Shown in pieces: positions 13,800 through 28,491 of a DNA stretch of 64,000 bases. The stretch covers positions 329,158,001-329,222,000 of the forward strand of contig OZ024742.1 of assembly GCA_964016885.1 (NCBI GenBank). The letters run 5' to 3'. A program made the position numbers and the translations under genes. The notes below the pieces were generated by a model. The model was given only the letters and a program-made list of their open reading frames with translations, was not told the DNA's origin and made no database searches. Position 1 is the stretch's first letter; every line of letters begins with the position of its first letter. The DNA is from Eledone cirrhosa (Eukaryota).

Positions 13800-14010
13800 T
13801 GTTCTCGCCTGGGAATCTTGCCCTATCAAATGGAAACGGTTTGATTCTGACATGACCCGCTGGAAAGAGTGTTTCAGGACGCTGCCCTCGTGAAGCTCCC
13901 AGGACTAATTGGAAGAAGAAGAAGAAGAAGAAGAAGAAGAAGAAGAAGAAGAAGAAGAAGAAGAAGAAGAAGAAGAAGACGAAGACGAAGACGAAGACGA
14001 AGAAGAAGAT
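13800..14010 (+). repeat. (GAA)n/(GAC)n tract, possibly the tail of a decayed RTE-like LINE 3' end
   Basis: Perfect (GAA)n 13912-13978; preceded by SDMTRWKECFRTLPS*, loosely like RTE C-terminal DRxxWR. Confidence 0.45.
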
Positions 14011-14158
14011 TTATTAAATATTGCGTAGTGTTGTTCATGATTATCTATTGACATGTTGTGTTATACAATGGTATGACCACGCATGACTTAATGTGTTTGA
14101 GTAGCGATCGTTGGATGGACGTGTGTTCTATTCGCGGCGTGTCTGCATGTCCTATACA

Positions 14159-14247
<89 letters not shown>

Positions 14248-14492
14248 TCATATATATATGTATATATATATATATATATATACATAATGAAATATATGGA
14301 GAATAGAAATGACTGTGTAGTTGCTATTTACTGTAGGTTAAAATGCAGTGGGAATACGAAGAAAGCAAGAACGGGGGGAGGGGGGATGTCCTCATCAGTT
14401 GTCTACTAGGGGTTTAGGATATTTCTACGTTGTAAAGTTATTGGGAAAACGAAGGAAGGAAAGCGAAGGGGAAACAAAGAGAAAACAGTAAC

Positions 14493-14547
<55 letters not shown>

Positions 14548-14842
14548 ATAGGACATATATATATATAAATGTATAGGATATCTTTATATATATATATATA
14601 TATAGGGACAAATAATTCGATTATAAGGTAACTTCACTTCCAGTTTTATTTTCATTTTACATTTCCTTTTCCTTTTTCCTCCCCACGTCTCTTATCCCCT
14701 TTCTTCCTACTGCCAGATGATTTTTTACCAGGAGGTTTATGCATCTGCATTGTAGAGGCTTCAAAAACGACTATTTTATATATACATACATTCATACACA
14801 CACACACACAGACACACATAAACACACATTTATATGTATGCA

Positions 14843-15023
14843 GGATTGGCAGTATCAGTAGAGGGTCGGACGCCATGCTTTGACGCATATTGTTACGGCC
14901 CTTGTCATTCTGAGTTCAAATCCCGCCGAGGTTAACTATGCCTTTCATCCTTAAGGTTTGATAAAATAAAGTACCAGTAATACAGTGGGTATTTGCTGGC
15001 CTTGTGCCAAAAGTAGAAACAAT

Positions 15024-15026
<3 letters not shown>
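14843..15026 (+). mobile_element. tRNA-derived SINE, family 1
   Basis: A-box-like ttggcagtatcagtagag, B-box gagttcaaatccc, conserved core gcctttcatcctt...gataaaataaagtaccag, tail gccaaaagtagaaacaattat; more than 10 copies in the window. Confidence 0.9.
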
Positions 15027-15055
<29 letters not shown>

Positions 15056-15058
15056 CAT

Positions 15059-15097
<39 letters not shown>

Positions 15098-15117
15098 GAT
15101 ACAAATATATATGTATG

Positions 15118-15149
<32 letters not shown>

Positions 15150-15254
15150 AATATATATATATATATTTATATATATATATATATATACGAACTTATAAGC
15201 CTGCGTTTGGTTTTTGCATGTGTTCCTGTGTCGTATATATATATATATATATTA

Positions 15255-15306
15255 ATCAACATTTGAAAAGATGGCTTTTGCAGACCCATCGAAACCGGTC
15301 ATTTTT
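15255..15306 (+). ncRNA. Degenerate hammerhead motif (family H) in a probable PLE pLTR remnant
   Basis: ttgaaaa (decayed CTGAAGA)-gatgg...ccatc-GAAA-CCGG-TC with palindromic loop III. Confidence 0.5.
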
Positions 15307-15443
15307 TATACCCTTTATTATTTCCTTACCTTATAAAATTATATGTTTTTTCACAAAAAAGTATCCTGTCTCTTATATATTCCATGTGCCATTACCAACC
15401 TCAATTTTCTCTATAACCTTCGTTTTGTGTAGAAACTTACACT

Positions 15444-15527
<84 letters not shown>

Positions 15528-16218
15528 CGTAAAATAAGAAAGTTATAAAATTAACTTATATATATATATATGCTTGCGCGCTCACAGATACATAAAACTA
15601 TTATATTCATACGTCCACTTACAGAGTGACGATGGGTTTGCGACATCATAGCTAGCATATTGTCTGCAAATGTGACTGTAGAATGTTGGGAAAGTTATTG
15701 AAAAAAATTCTATAAGGAATGACACTGAAATGGAATCTCATTTAGGAATGGAATTAAAGAATAAAACAATTTTAACCAAAAAATCAGAACATTAAACATT
15801 GCATGTTTTACTTGGTGAGCAATGAAGAGAGAAGATACGGATTGATGAAGATGTGGAACTTGGTCTAATTTAGGGGACATAAATTGTAAAATGTTACCTC
15901 CTCCCATCACATTAACATATCACACTTCACTACATACTCATACTCACGCAAGCACGGAACATGCAGAACTCACCGTCATGCGAAAGTAACACAGACACAC
16001 ATACACACAAACACAGACATGGACACACAGAAACACACACTTACAAACATATACACATAAACACAAAGAAACACACCCATGAACACTTATCACTCACCCC
16101 ACACATCTATCGTGATCAATCTCTGTATATACACATGTATTTACTTTATAGACACCTACATATGCATGTAATTACTTTTGCACAGCATACCTATGTATAT
16201 ATATGTGTGTGTGTATAT

Positions 16219-16443
<225 letters not shown>

Positions 16444-17277
16444 AATATACACACATATATATCTGTGTGTGTGTGTGTATGCGTGTGTTTGTGTGCAAGC
16501 ATGTGTATGTATTATTACACAGACTCAAACATATTATCTATATATGTATATACTTATACTTGTGCTGATACATGGAGAAGGAATGTGAATTGCCGCTGTG
16601 AATTTATTTATTATTTCATAATTTATTTAAATATGGAAATTTCTCCATTAATGGCACAGCGTATAGAACAACAGATAAACAAAAGAGAAACCTTTAGACA
16701 GATGTTACTGAACGGAGATTTCTTTCATGATCTTCTTCTCGACCAGTATGGTAGAGAATGAGACCATTACAGAGCAGTGTTTTGTGGTGTGAGACCACAC
16801 AGAATTGTGGTGAGGAGATATAAAGTAGCTGGAATGTTGGAATGGAAATGCTGTGAATAGAACACGATAATTCAATAGTTACATTGAGTTAACATATTCT
16901 AATAGTGTATGTATTCATGTAAAATATATTCCATATTTTGGGCCACAATCTTTTACTTATCAGAAGCATCTCCACGATCCATCACCCCTAGGTCTTCATT
17001 GAAAAAAGAACAACATTTGGGAATCAATGTATAGAATATATATAATGCTATGAGGATATAAATTTTAATCGCTATAATATTTTGATTTACACAGGTGGAA
17101 ATATATATAAGACATACAAGGCTTTCTTTTTTTCTACCTGATCTACCGATTTGATTTTCATTTTTCTTTTTAATTCTTCACACGTTTTCTCTCTACCACA
17201 ACTTAGCTTTCTATTTTTAGAGTATTTTTCTCTTAATTTATTTCTTTTTTTATAATATTGCTTTTAATCTCTTCTAG

Positions 17278-17404
17278 GAAAAAGAAACAGCTCACAACTG
17301 ATGGTCTTCAGTATCAACAACAGTTTCATAAATAAATCGACCAATATCTTTGTCACGTATCAACGTTCTTGAAATATCCTTAGAGATGGAAAGGGTGGAA
17401 TGAG
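17278..17404 (+). other. Candidate non-coding exon
   Basis: Long pyrimidine tract ending ttctag|G, donor GAG|gtaata; stops in all three frames. Confidence 0.3.
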
Positions 17405-18629
17405 GTAATACCCTGCCTTTTAATGTTGCTTGGATGAATACAGATTGTGTAGTAGAGATAGCAATGTTCGTATTATGGTCAAATCAAAAACAAGTTTTGT
17501 TAAATTGCTATTTGAGAGAACAGGGAGAAAAAATTAGAAGAAGTGACCGCACATCGTTGAGTTAGTCTAGAATGCGAAGTATCTAGACACCTGCTTTGGA
17601 AATACCTAGTATACTTATATTTATTATATGTAATTCTACCAACCATTTAACTTATAAATATTATTGTCACTAATATATTTTACTATTTCCTTTTCGTCTC
17701 TTTTTTAATGTCATATCTTATCAGTTTTATTCACACCTAATTACAAACACAATTCACAAAAAATATTAAACTATCTTAATATTTTGCTTTTAAATGATTC
17801 TGTTGCTCTAAGTAGCTTTGGCAGATTTGTCTAATCTAACATTCATTTTGTTATCATATGAATTCCTGTTCAGCGTCCAATAGGTTTAAAAGCTGAGCAT
17901 TAATTATTTTATATAATTCTAAATAATGCATATGCTGGAAACACCCACAATGGAAAATAAATATATTTCGCTAACTCTCATACCGATACAATAACCCATG
18001 TATCATTTCATATATTCAGATAAGCTTCGTCTCACCGAGCAAATTATTCTGATATTGATATATTGCCAAGTGACCATGAGTTGAGGCACATATCACAAGT
18101 GATCACTTGAAAATAATATTCTCAAGTGAGGTCATAAATGAACCATAGATTACAATAAAAAACAAGGACAACATCTATCACTCCGACTGCCATAACAACA
18201 ACAATAACCAAACCTGGAACCGCAACAAATCGCATCATGAAAACATAAGAGAAATGAAACATCCTTCAAGAAATACATAACAGTTCAGGTAACAACACTA
18301 ATAGCCAAACACACAATAACCCTCTATCTCAAACTTCAATGTTGTGAGTTAAATCAGCAGTAATTTGATGAAAGAAAGAAGAAATTAGAAACCACGCTTC
18401 AAAGCTGTGAACTAAGCAGGAGGTATGCAAGAGGCAGTCACACACACACCTTCGCGATAAACAAGAATTCTCAGATGTCCCGAAAATACTTCAGGAAAGC
18501 ATTAAAAGAAAATTATATACTTCTTCTTGGAAAAGCTTCCTAGGCTTAAGCAAACAGGATTATTCGACCTCCTTCACGAATAAAGGAAGTGTCCTCTCTC
18601 ATTTCCTTTATTGCGGGAAATAGTCATAT

Positions 18630-20036
18630 TAAAAATACGTTACTTAGATGCGTGATATTTGTGTCGCTTTTGAAACAAGCTCACTTGTTTAGTGATCTCA
18701 GCTCACTAGATATAGATGCAGTAGTGATAACAGAACCACATTTTTCCAGGATGCAAACACTAATCACATTCTCGAGGAAAAAACAAGATATACGCATCCT
18801 CACGTTATCTTATATGGGATGGCAGGAATGACAGTGTTTGGGGGGAAGGTGTGTATTTCGAGCTATGGAAAATGTTGTGGAGTCGGTGAATCTAGACTAA
18901 TAACAGTGTCTGGAACGACAAGGACAGGACAGCCGGATTTCTTCAGAAGCGATCTTGGGAAATTCCTACTAGTGAGACAGGAATAACAACCATTATACTT
19001 GCTAGATCCTGTATGTTTAACTGAGAGAGCATTTTTTTCTTTTACAATTATTTACCTCATAACCGATTTCTATTTTAAATCAACCCTACTCATCGCAATC
19101 TGTCTTTGTAATGTTCTCTTAATCAATCCTCCTGTGGAAAATTCGAAAGGTTTTTATCATTATTCGGCACCACTCTCAGGTTCACGAAGCGGTAACAGGA
19201 ATAATGAATAACTAGTAAAATCTCTGCTAGGCACCTAGAGAGGCATAACCATGCCGTCCAAAACCACCGTGGGGTGTTGGGCGGGAAGACAGGGTAAATT
19301 ACTCTGGGTAACGTGCAAGGTGGCCTCTCTTACCCAGAAATGGGCCGAGTGCAATCTGTCTTTGAACAGTCGGGTGGACGTGGTGAAGGCGTCGTACATC
19401 GCGTCCGTCATCTACTACCGTCTGGCCATCGTGTGTTGTCACAGCCCACGTCTGACTGCACTAGAACCGTCTACTATTTTGCTTTTTGTGGAAGAGTCAG
19501 GTTCCATTGGTCGCGTGGTCCATCTGCTGTCGACAACTGCAACGTGGATGATTCGGTATGCCGTGGCTCATGATACGCAATCATATTGTGATGTTACGCA
19601 AATAACGTTTTCTTGATGGTGAAAAAGTGTGGCTGCTATTTGCTTGACACGTTTTTCCCAAGTTAGTCTCTTTAACGGAGCTGCAGTCTTGGGTCAAGCG
19701 AAGACCGAGAGGGACCGCTTTGAGATTGGAATGCCCTCTGCCTGTAGATTGGAGGGGAACAACTGGGAGAGAGCACGTTGTCCTAGCGGAGAGGGGGACA
19801 GTGGTTTTTGTGGTATTTCTACACAGGTGAACCTTAGAGTTTCCTCACCTTTTGAGGAATTTGTTATGTTTGTTCTTTAAATGTTTATTTTCTTTGTCTC
19901 TGTTTTAAATTTTATTTCACAAAAAAAAACCCACACTGTATCGTTATGTGCCGCATTTAATGTTTCCTTAATATGAGCCCTATGTGGCTAATAAATAAAT
20001 TATCATTAATAATATTAATGATCTTATTATTATTAT
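18630..20036 (+). mobile_element. Heavily deleted Tx1/L1-clade LINE remnant
   Basis: APE N-terminus-like VSLLKQAHLFSDLSSLDIDAVVITEPHF (18.65 kb); RT C-terminal-like WVTCKVASLTQKWAECNLSLNSRVDVVKASYIASVIYYRL (19.3 kb); 3' end gagccctatgtggctaataaa + (ATT)n. Confidence 0.7.
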
Positions 20037-20379
20037 GTAAAACACTTGTATTTGTCAGTAAGACATTATCTCGCCAGTGCTTTTATGGTATCATACAACC
20101 TTTTCCCATAATCTGGCCAGCTGGTTCTGCCAAGCAATTCCTTCAATGTCATTTTAAAGAACAAAGAACAATTTCTGCTTTGAATTGAAGGATATATTTT
20201 GTTTGATGTGTATTATTCCTGACAATATTTCTTAATTTTGTTAAATTTAGCTACAGCTATCTCATTGATCTTTTCAATCACAGAATGGCATTTTTTCTAT
20301 GCAATCATATATTTTTGAATTAAATTCCTTTGTTCGCTATCTGTAATATACTTTAACTCTCTTCTGTACAAGCTTTACA

Positions 20380-20500
<121 letters not shown>

Positions 20501-21383
20501 ATTTAATTCAATTTCACATGCTTGTGTTTTTTTGTCGCCATTCCTTTATTCACTGTATTTGTTCTTATGGCCACTCTTCGTGTATTTTCTGTATGTTTGA
20601 TTTTATTTTGATATATTGTGCCTCACACAGCTTCCCTGTGGTTTCCCTTTTGATAGCCGTTGTGCCTACTTGAAAAATAAATTACACTTAAATACATGAA
20701 ATCACAATTCCTGAGTCTGTGTACAGAGGGAAATAGATACACATTTTTTCTTGGTCCGCACTTTCCATTTTCTCATTACCGTGTGACATTTTTCTCTTAA
20801 AGTTTGCTTTGTCGAAATATGTAGTACATACAATGTTACTAATATTTTTATTAGCTTTATCTTTAATTATTACGCATAAACACGCAATTCACATCAACAG
20901 AAGTAAACCAATGTTAAACATTTGGTGGGTATTACACGAAACCGAATGACTATTTTATCGTCACCAATCTATGCATTTCAATTAAATTCCGATCCATTTT
21001 CTTCATACCTTCACCAATAGATTTCATTTCTTTCCTTTTGAAAAAAACAGTTCTAACCAATAAACATGAAGAAATATGAGGCAAAAGTGAAAATTATTTT
21101 GTTATGTTTTCCTTATTTGCAGGGGTTGTGGATTAAGGGGATTATTAAAGAGTTGGATGGGATGCATTAAGGAATCCAATCAGTCTTTGTGGATTTTGTG
21201 CTCAAAATCTTTTCTTGACTCCCGCAGATAGTAACTATAACCCAGGCAAGGAGACAGATAGACAGTTTGTTTAATAATAGATATAATGATTTATAGACCG
21301 ATATTCAATTTTTTATATTTATGTGTATGTATATGTATGTGTATATATATTTATATATATATAAAATATATATACACACACAC

Positions 21384-21444
<61 letters not shown>

Positions 21445-22392
21445 TGCGTGTGTGTTTGTGTGTATCTGCGCGCATGTGTGTATACGTGTGTGTCTGTGTT
21501 TGTCTTCCACTAAGTAGGGGTTCGACAAAACAAGTTCGATGAAATATTTATTTGAGACGATATGATCGATTAAATATTTCAATACTCTATTCCAACAGGA
21601 CTGTAATCTAATGATTGAATCTAGTATAAAAAATAAACGAATAATATTTTAGCTATATATATTGTATAATTTTTATTGTGGTTTTAATCTTATAGTATAA
21701 TTTTATTTCAGTTTATGGATGGTAATTACAAATAAATACTTATTTCATTGTTCAAGATGACAAAACAATATAAAGAATTAATCTAGCCCAGTAGATACCA
21801 ATACAGTAGTAAACCGTTGTTTTGCATTTAGTTAGCATATATATTTTAACCAGCCGAGCGATCAATACAGAAACAAAAACGCAGACGCCATTTTATTTTA
21901 AATATCATATAGAATATAACATGCATATTTGCCACGCTGAGTGAGATAAACATAAAACGACAATAAAGACTAAAGCTGACGAAGAACAACTATACTTTAA
22001 AATCATACATAAAATATCGGATATTGGACATACTTTGCATATATAGAAAGACAATGAAAATTAATATTGAAAGATCATAATCAGACTAAATGCGTATATG
22101 TGTATATATAAACAATGAGTTTATGGTTTGTTGATTATTCAACAATGTTAATTTTACAACAGATTAGAAGCACTCTACACAATTTATCTGGAGTATCATT
22201 AATATATATAATATTAATAAATGGAAAATATCTATAAAACTAATATCTAATAAATATATATCTATATTTATTTATTATACGTATTTCAAAGGTACTAATA
22301 TTTAAGTACGTTTTCGTCAGATAAAAACTAATATTTGGTGTTAAGATAGTGACATATCTTCATGTGAACTTAATGGTATAAGTCCAATGATG

Positions 22393-22468
<76 letters not shown>

Positions 22469-22493
22469 ATATATTATATATATATACACACAC

Positions 22494-22589
<96 letters not shown>

Positions 22590-22612
22590 TACAAGGATTC
22601 GTGAGTGCATAT

Positions 22613-22830
22613 GTGAAGGTAGATGGCATAATGGATAGCATGTTTAGCTCATGATCCTAACAATATGAGTTTGATTCCCGTCTATGCGTTGTAACCTTGA
22701 GCAAGATACATTATGTAACCATGCTTCAGTCCATCCATCTGGATAATATGAGATGTACCTGTTACTGAATTGGCCAGCATAGACACATATTGTGTCTCAC
22801 TGAATTTCCCTGAAATTAAGTTTACACATT
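22613..22830 (+). mobile_element. Diverged tRNA-derived SINE (family 2-like head)
   Basis: atggcataatggatagc...gagtttgattccc...ccttgagcaagatacatt. Confidence 0.55.
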
Positions 22831-22984
22831 TTTTAGGATTCTCAGCCAAACTATAGTACACAATGAATTGTTTATACCATTTCAAAAGACAACATTGTTA
22901 CAAAATATCATACAGAATAATCCTTTAACTTGTATTTACTGCAACACATGCGATTAGATCCAGTTAGGGGTGGGACGAATCCTT

Positions 22985-23165
22985 AGAGGGATGCGAAAAT
23001 TCTCTGTATTATGTGTCGATCGTTACCAGTCGGAATTCAAATTCAACAAAGGTCAATTTGCCTTTAATTTATTCAATGTCAATGAAATAAAGTACAAGGC
23101 AAGAACTGGGGTCAAAATAATCATCTTTCCTCATTGCAGAAATAGTCGACTTTGTGCTGCTTAAA
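22985..23165 (+). mobile_element. Old diverged family 1-type SINE
   Basis: gaattcaaattc...ggtcaatttgcctttaatt...gtcaatgaaataaagtac. Confidence 0.55.
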
Positions 23166-24058
23166 TTCGAATCTAAAATTCCCGCCCACATTGACAATGT
23201 TGTTTAAAGTTAAACAATGGAGTTTAAAGCCAGGCCATATAAAGGGAAGATAGGGACAGACTGTCCATTGTGTTTCCATGACTGGATGCAAATCCTAGCA
23301 AATGTAGGCGTGATTTATCTCATTACGAACATATCCGTTCGACGCATTAAGAATTCAACCATTCCACCATTCCTCGACTGACAATTCATTTTATTGACCC
23401 AGAGAGGATGATAATGAATTTCATCTCAATAGAAATTGAACCCAGAACAAAGTGAGCCTGAAACATTTTGGGCTATTTAACCCAATGCCCTAACAGCACT
23501 GATAACACCAGAGCCATCTCAGAACATAGCTCGAGAATGGAAGTTTACAATGATATCGATGTTGATGATTCATTTTCAACATTTATAAACAAATGCATGA
23601 AAAGAGCAGACTATTTTTGTACGAATATATATAGAAATGTATCAGACGCAAATAGTTCTACCATAAAAGCATGCATATATAGATCGATAGATAGATGGGG
23701 TGGGGCTGTATGTGTGTGTATGTCTGTGCGTGTGTGTCTGAGTGTATATATGCGTTTGTGTGTGTAGGTATGTACTATTTCCCTCGTTGATGTGGAAATA
23801 TAACGGAAATTAGCAACCCGAAAATTGCAGTATGGTTATATTTTTCTCCCCGGGGATGGTAGCATACCAACAACCATATAATAATATCATAATTCGTAGG
23901 AAATTATTCACCCAAAGACATATTAAAAATCACAAATGAAGCTGAAGGTGTACATCTTTAAAAAATTAAAATTTATTTGTAAGAGTTCAGAATATATACT
24001 TACATATCTATACATACACACATATGCACATACATATACGTACTCACACACACACACG

Positions 24059-24176
<118 letters not shown>

Positions 24177-24601
24177 CAAGCTACAGCTATATTTTCCATT
24201 ATTGAATGGCATATATACTGTTCTCTGGGTCAGTAAAGAAAAAAATTAAGTAAAGCGGAAAAAATGTGTGAACTTAAGGAAATCACCTACCCAGTTAATT
24301 TGAATATTGCCTAAATTTCAATGAAAAGAAGAATATTTATGAGCAGATGAAGCAGAAACTTTAGCTCAGTCTTCATCTGTATTCAGTGGTGCATGTAAAC
24401 AATTATTTACGTTGTAAACTTGAAATTCGGCAAAAATCTTAAAGTAATAACAAATTCGCTTTATTAGAAGCGGACTAGAATAAAGTAATATATATATATA
24501 ACAAGACATAGGTTTTTGAGACGCACAAATGTAGGTGGATGTGCATGCATGCACGTGTATATATCTTGTGTAAACCTCTGTATATACATACACATATGCA
24601 T

Positions 24602-24641
<40 letters not shown>

Positions 24642-24682
24642 GTATATAGGTATATATATTTATATATATATATATATATATA

Positions 24683-24736
<54 letters not shown>

Positions 24737-24881
24737 TATATAAATATCTATCTATATATATATAAATATATATACATACATAAATATATATATGTATATA
24801 TATATACACACACATATACTTATGTATGTATATATATATATACATATACATATAAATTCACACATACACACGCATATATGC

Positions 24882-24938
<57 letters not shown>

Positions 24939-25142
24939 TATGTACACGTACATACATATATGTATACCGACGTACAGTAGTATGTATATATATATATACA
25001 TACATGCACACATATATATATGCACGTATGGATTCACCGAACATTTATTATAATGCTCGGTGTGTTTGTAAACAAACATCCCGTATTAAGCCGTAGTGTC
25101 TAGCAACCACCGTTGCTCGTTTGTTCAACACTGACAAAGGAA

Positions 25143-25183
25143 CGCTGTACTAGTTTCAAGCTTGTTAGCTATCGTCAGCAACG
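25143..25183 (-). ncRNA. Minimal type I hammerhead ribozyme, family C
   Basis: cgttg-CTGACGA-tagct aaca agctt-GAAA-CTAG-TA-cagcg; intact core, palindromic helix III, GUA triplet. Confidence 0.9.
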
Positions 25184-25599
25184 TATACATTCCTGCAAGC
25201 TTGAAACTAGTACAGCGTTCCTTTGTCAGTGTTGAACAAACGAGCAACGGTGGTTGCTAGACACTACGGCTTAATACGGGATGTTTGTTTACAAACACAC
25301 CGAGCATTATAATAAATGTTCGGTGAATCCATACGTGCATATATATATGTGTGCATGTATGTATATATATATATACATACTACTGTACGTCGGTATACAT
25401 ATATGTATGTACGTGTACATACTTATATTTAAGTAACAGCCGTACTAAGAGTGGGAAATGAAATATCGTTTCATTTTTTTCCGTTTATCGTTTTCGGTGC
25501 ACCCGGCCGATTAACCCACTCGATATGCATATTGGGCTACTCAGCCGTTAATATGCATAAGGTAAGTATATACGTTCAACAATCTGGCAGGAAGGTATA

Positions 25600-25640
25600 C
25601 GTTGCTGACGATAGCTAACAAGCTTGAAACTAGTACAGCG
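25600..25640 (+). ncRNA. Minimal type I hammerhead ribozyme, family C
   Basis: Same motif; CTGACGA 25605-25611, GAAA 25626-25629, predicted cleavage after 25635. Confidence 0.9.
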
Positions 25641-25908
25641 TTCCTTTGTCAGTGTTGAACAAACGAGCAACGGTGGTTGCTAGACACTACGGCTTAATAC
25701 GGGATGTTTGTTTACAAACACACCGAGCATTATAATAAATGTTCGGTGAATCCATACGTGCATATATATATATAAGTGTGCATGTTTGTATATATATATA
25801 TACATACTACTGTACGTCGGTATACATATATGTATGTACGTGTACATACTTATATTTAAGTAACAACCGTACTAAGAGTGGGAAATGAAATATCGTTTCA
25901 TTTTTTCC

Positions 25909-25951
<43 letters not shown>

Positions 25952-25994
25952 AAAGAAACCAAAGAACGCTTACATACTCAAACAGTTTTTATTT

Positions 25995-26039
25995 GCTTAC
26001 AATGTTTCATCCATACCGTTGGGTAGGATTCATCAGAGC
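25995..26039 (-). ncRNA. Type I hammerhead ribozyme, family D (orphan PLE pLTR fragment ~25949-26375)
   Basis: gct-CTGATGA-atcc tacc caac ggta t ggat-GAAA-cattg-TA-agc. Confidence 0.8.
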
Positions 26040-26373
26040 TTAATAAACACACTACTGAGTATTAGTTCTACCAAGCTTAGTCACACGAACAATCAGAATA
26101 CAATAGAGGGATCGGAGATGGCGAATAAGGAGAGAGTACATGCTGTGGTTGTTAAGGACCACAGCTAAAAGCTAGGGCACAAGCAGATCTCACAAGATGC
26201 AGATACAATGGATGGCATACAAAATCAAAAAATACAAACAATGGTTAAAACATAATAAAAAAGTAAAAGGAAGATAATATTAAGTGATAAAATGTGAGCA
26301 AAAGTAAAATATTTTTTTTTTATTTTAAAAGGAAAGAAGTGAAAAAAAAAGTAGAAAAAAGAAAAAAAGAAAG

Positions 26374-26420
<47 letters not shown>

Positions 26421-26589
26421 GCACACATTCACAAACATGGTTACACACACATATCCGTACAGAGGAGGAATAAAATAAAAATAGTCCAATCTTTAAAAAA
26501 AATTCCCAATACGTGTTAAATGAAAACAAGAAATGAGAATCTTCAAATAATGATTGTAATTCAATATTGTCTTGGGAATGCAATGATAT

Positions 26590-28275
26590 TTACCCACCAA
26601 CACCATAACAGCCCCACACCACTACCACTACCATCAACAACTTCTTTATCAGAGCAATTACAATCAGCCACAACATCACCACCACAAACACTATGATGAG
26701 AACAATTATTGTGCGTCACCCATATCACAAAATATTTCCACCATCCCCAACAAGATTACAATCGCCATCACCACCACCACCAAAACCATGACCATCACCA
26801 TCACCATCACCACCACAACTACACCCAGTATTAACAGCACCATGCTTTCTAGCATAGTTACGTCCCTTTACGATCTGAGTTCAAATCCCGTCGAGGTTAA
26901 CTTTGCCTTTCATCCTTACGGGTTCGATAAAATAAAGTACCAGTACATTACTGGGTAATTGCTGGCCTTGTGCCAAAAGTAGAAACAATTATTACATCCA
27001 CAGTCAACACCACTGTCACCACCATTCCCACCATCATAATCGCAATCGCTACCACAAATACCATAAGCATCTACAATACTATTACACACACTATTATCAC
27101 CAGTACTAGTTCACCTAAATCACAAACATTCAACTAGCCTCTACCACCACTAATACGACTATCATCACAACTCCCAGCAGCACCACAACTACCACCCCCT
27201 CTAATAATTCTACCACTACAATTATTTCAACACGATCATCACAACCGCAATTCACTTCACCAAGTTATACACCACGGACACCATCGACAGTATCAGTGCA
27301 TTTATCAAACCCTACAGCATTAGCCAATCACCACAACTAATGTGATTACTAAAACAAACACTACTATCATCAACATTACCACCACAACCACCACCACCAA
27401 CACTATCACTAGTACCAGTACCACCACCACCACCACCGACACAATCACTAATACCAGTACCACCACCACCACCACCACCACCGACACAATAACTATTACC
27501 AGTACCACCACCACCGCCACCGACACCATCACTATTACCAGTAACACCACCACCGACACCATCACTATTACCAGTACCAACACCACCGACACCATCATTA
27601 TTACCATCACCACCACCACCACCGACACCATCACTATTACCAGTACCACTACCACCACCACTACCAACACCACCACCACTACCACCACCACCACCGACAC
27701 GTTCACTATTACCATCACCACCACCACCACCGATACCATCCCTATTACCAGTACCACCACCACCACCACCAACACCATCAATATTAGCATCACCACCACA
27801 ACCACCACCGACACCATCACTATTATCATCACCACCACCACCACCGACACCATAACTATTACCAGTACCACTACCACCACCACCACCGACACCACCGCCA
27901 CCGACACCATCCCTATTACCAGTACCACCACCACCAACAACACCAACAACACCATCACTATTAGCATCACCACCACAACCACCACCGACACCATCACTAT
28001 TATAATCACCACCACCACCATCGACACCATCACTATTACCACCATCACTACCACCGATACTATCACTATTACCAGTACCACCACCACCAGTACCACCACC
28101 ACCACCACCACCACCACCGACACCATCACTATTACCAGTACCACCACCACCACCACCACCAACGACACCATCACTATTACCAGTACCACCACCATCGACA
28201 CTATCAATATGACCATAACCACAATAAGTCCCTGCAGTACCAGTACTATCACCATCACTACACCATATACCCTGA
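26590..28275. repeat. Degenerate (ACC/ACT/ATC)n low-complexity tract with ~36-40 bp higher-order minisatellite
   Basis: Recurring accgacaccatcactattaccagtaccaccacc; gives spurious poly-T and poly-V ORFs on both strands. Confidence 0.9.
26840..26994 (+). mobile_element. Family 1 SINE, 5'-truncated
   Basis: B-box, core and tail match 14843-15026. Confidence 0.85.
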
Positions 28276-28377
28276 TCACTCTCTTCAGATCTTTATATGA
28301 CTCATAGAATGATCAGACTCCGTCACTTCTAAATCTACCCATAATAGCCAACATATATTTTAGAATGCTATTATTTT

Positions 28378-28491
28378 ATCAAATCCCGCCGAGGTTAACT
28401 TTGCTTTTCATCCTTACGGGGTCGATAAAATAAAGTATCAGTAATGTACTGGGTTATTGATGGCCTTGTGCCAAAAGTAGAAACAATTATT
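28378..28491 (+). mobile_element. Family 1 SINE, 3' part
   Basis: aaatcccgccgaggttaact...gtagaaacaattat. Confidence 0.85.

Larger units (their letters stand above)
24935..25913. mobile_element. Retrozyme-like HHR repeat locus 1: inverted partial unit (24935-25195, -) plus ~1.7 tandem 423-nt units (25196-25913, +)
   Basis: GAAACTAGTA recurs at 25203 and 25626 (period 423); no ORF; flanked by (TA)n. Confidence 0.85.

Noticed and set aside
16633-16761. Short protein-like ORF tail [31 protein letters not shown]
   Set aside because: 42 aa with no recognisable homology or supporting exons.
27320-28307. 321-aa Thr-rich (mucin-like) and 319-aa Val-rich ORFs
   Set aside because: Trinucleotide low-complexity tract open on both strands; no signal peptide or splice context; a SINE sits in the same tract.
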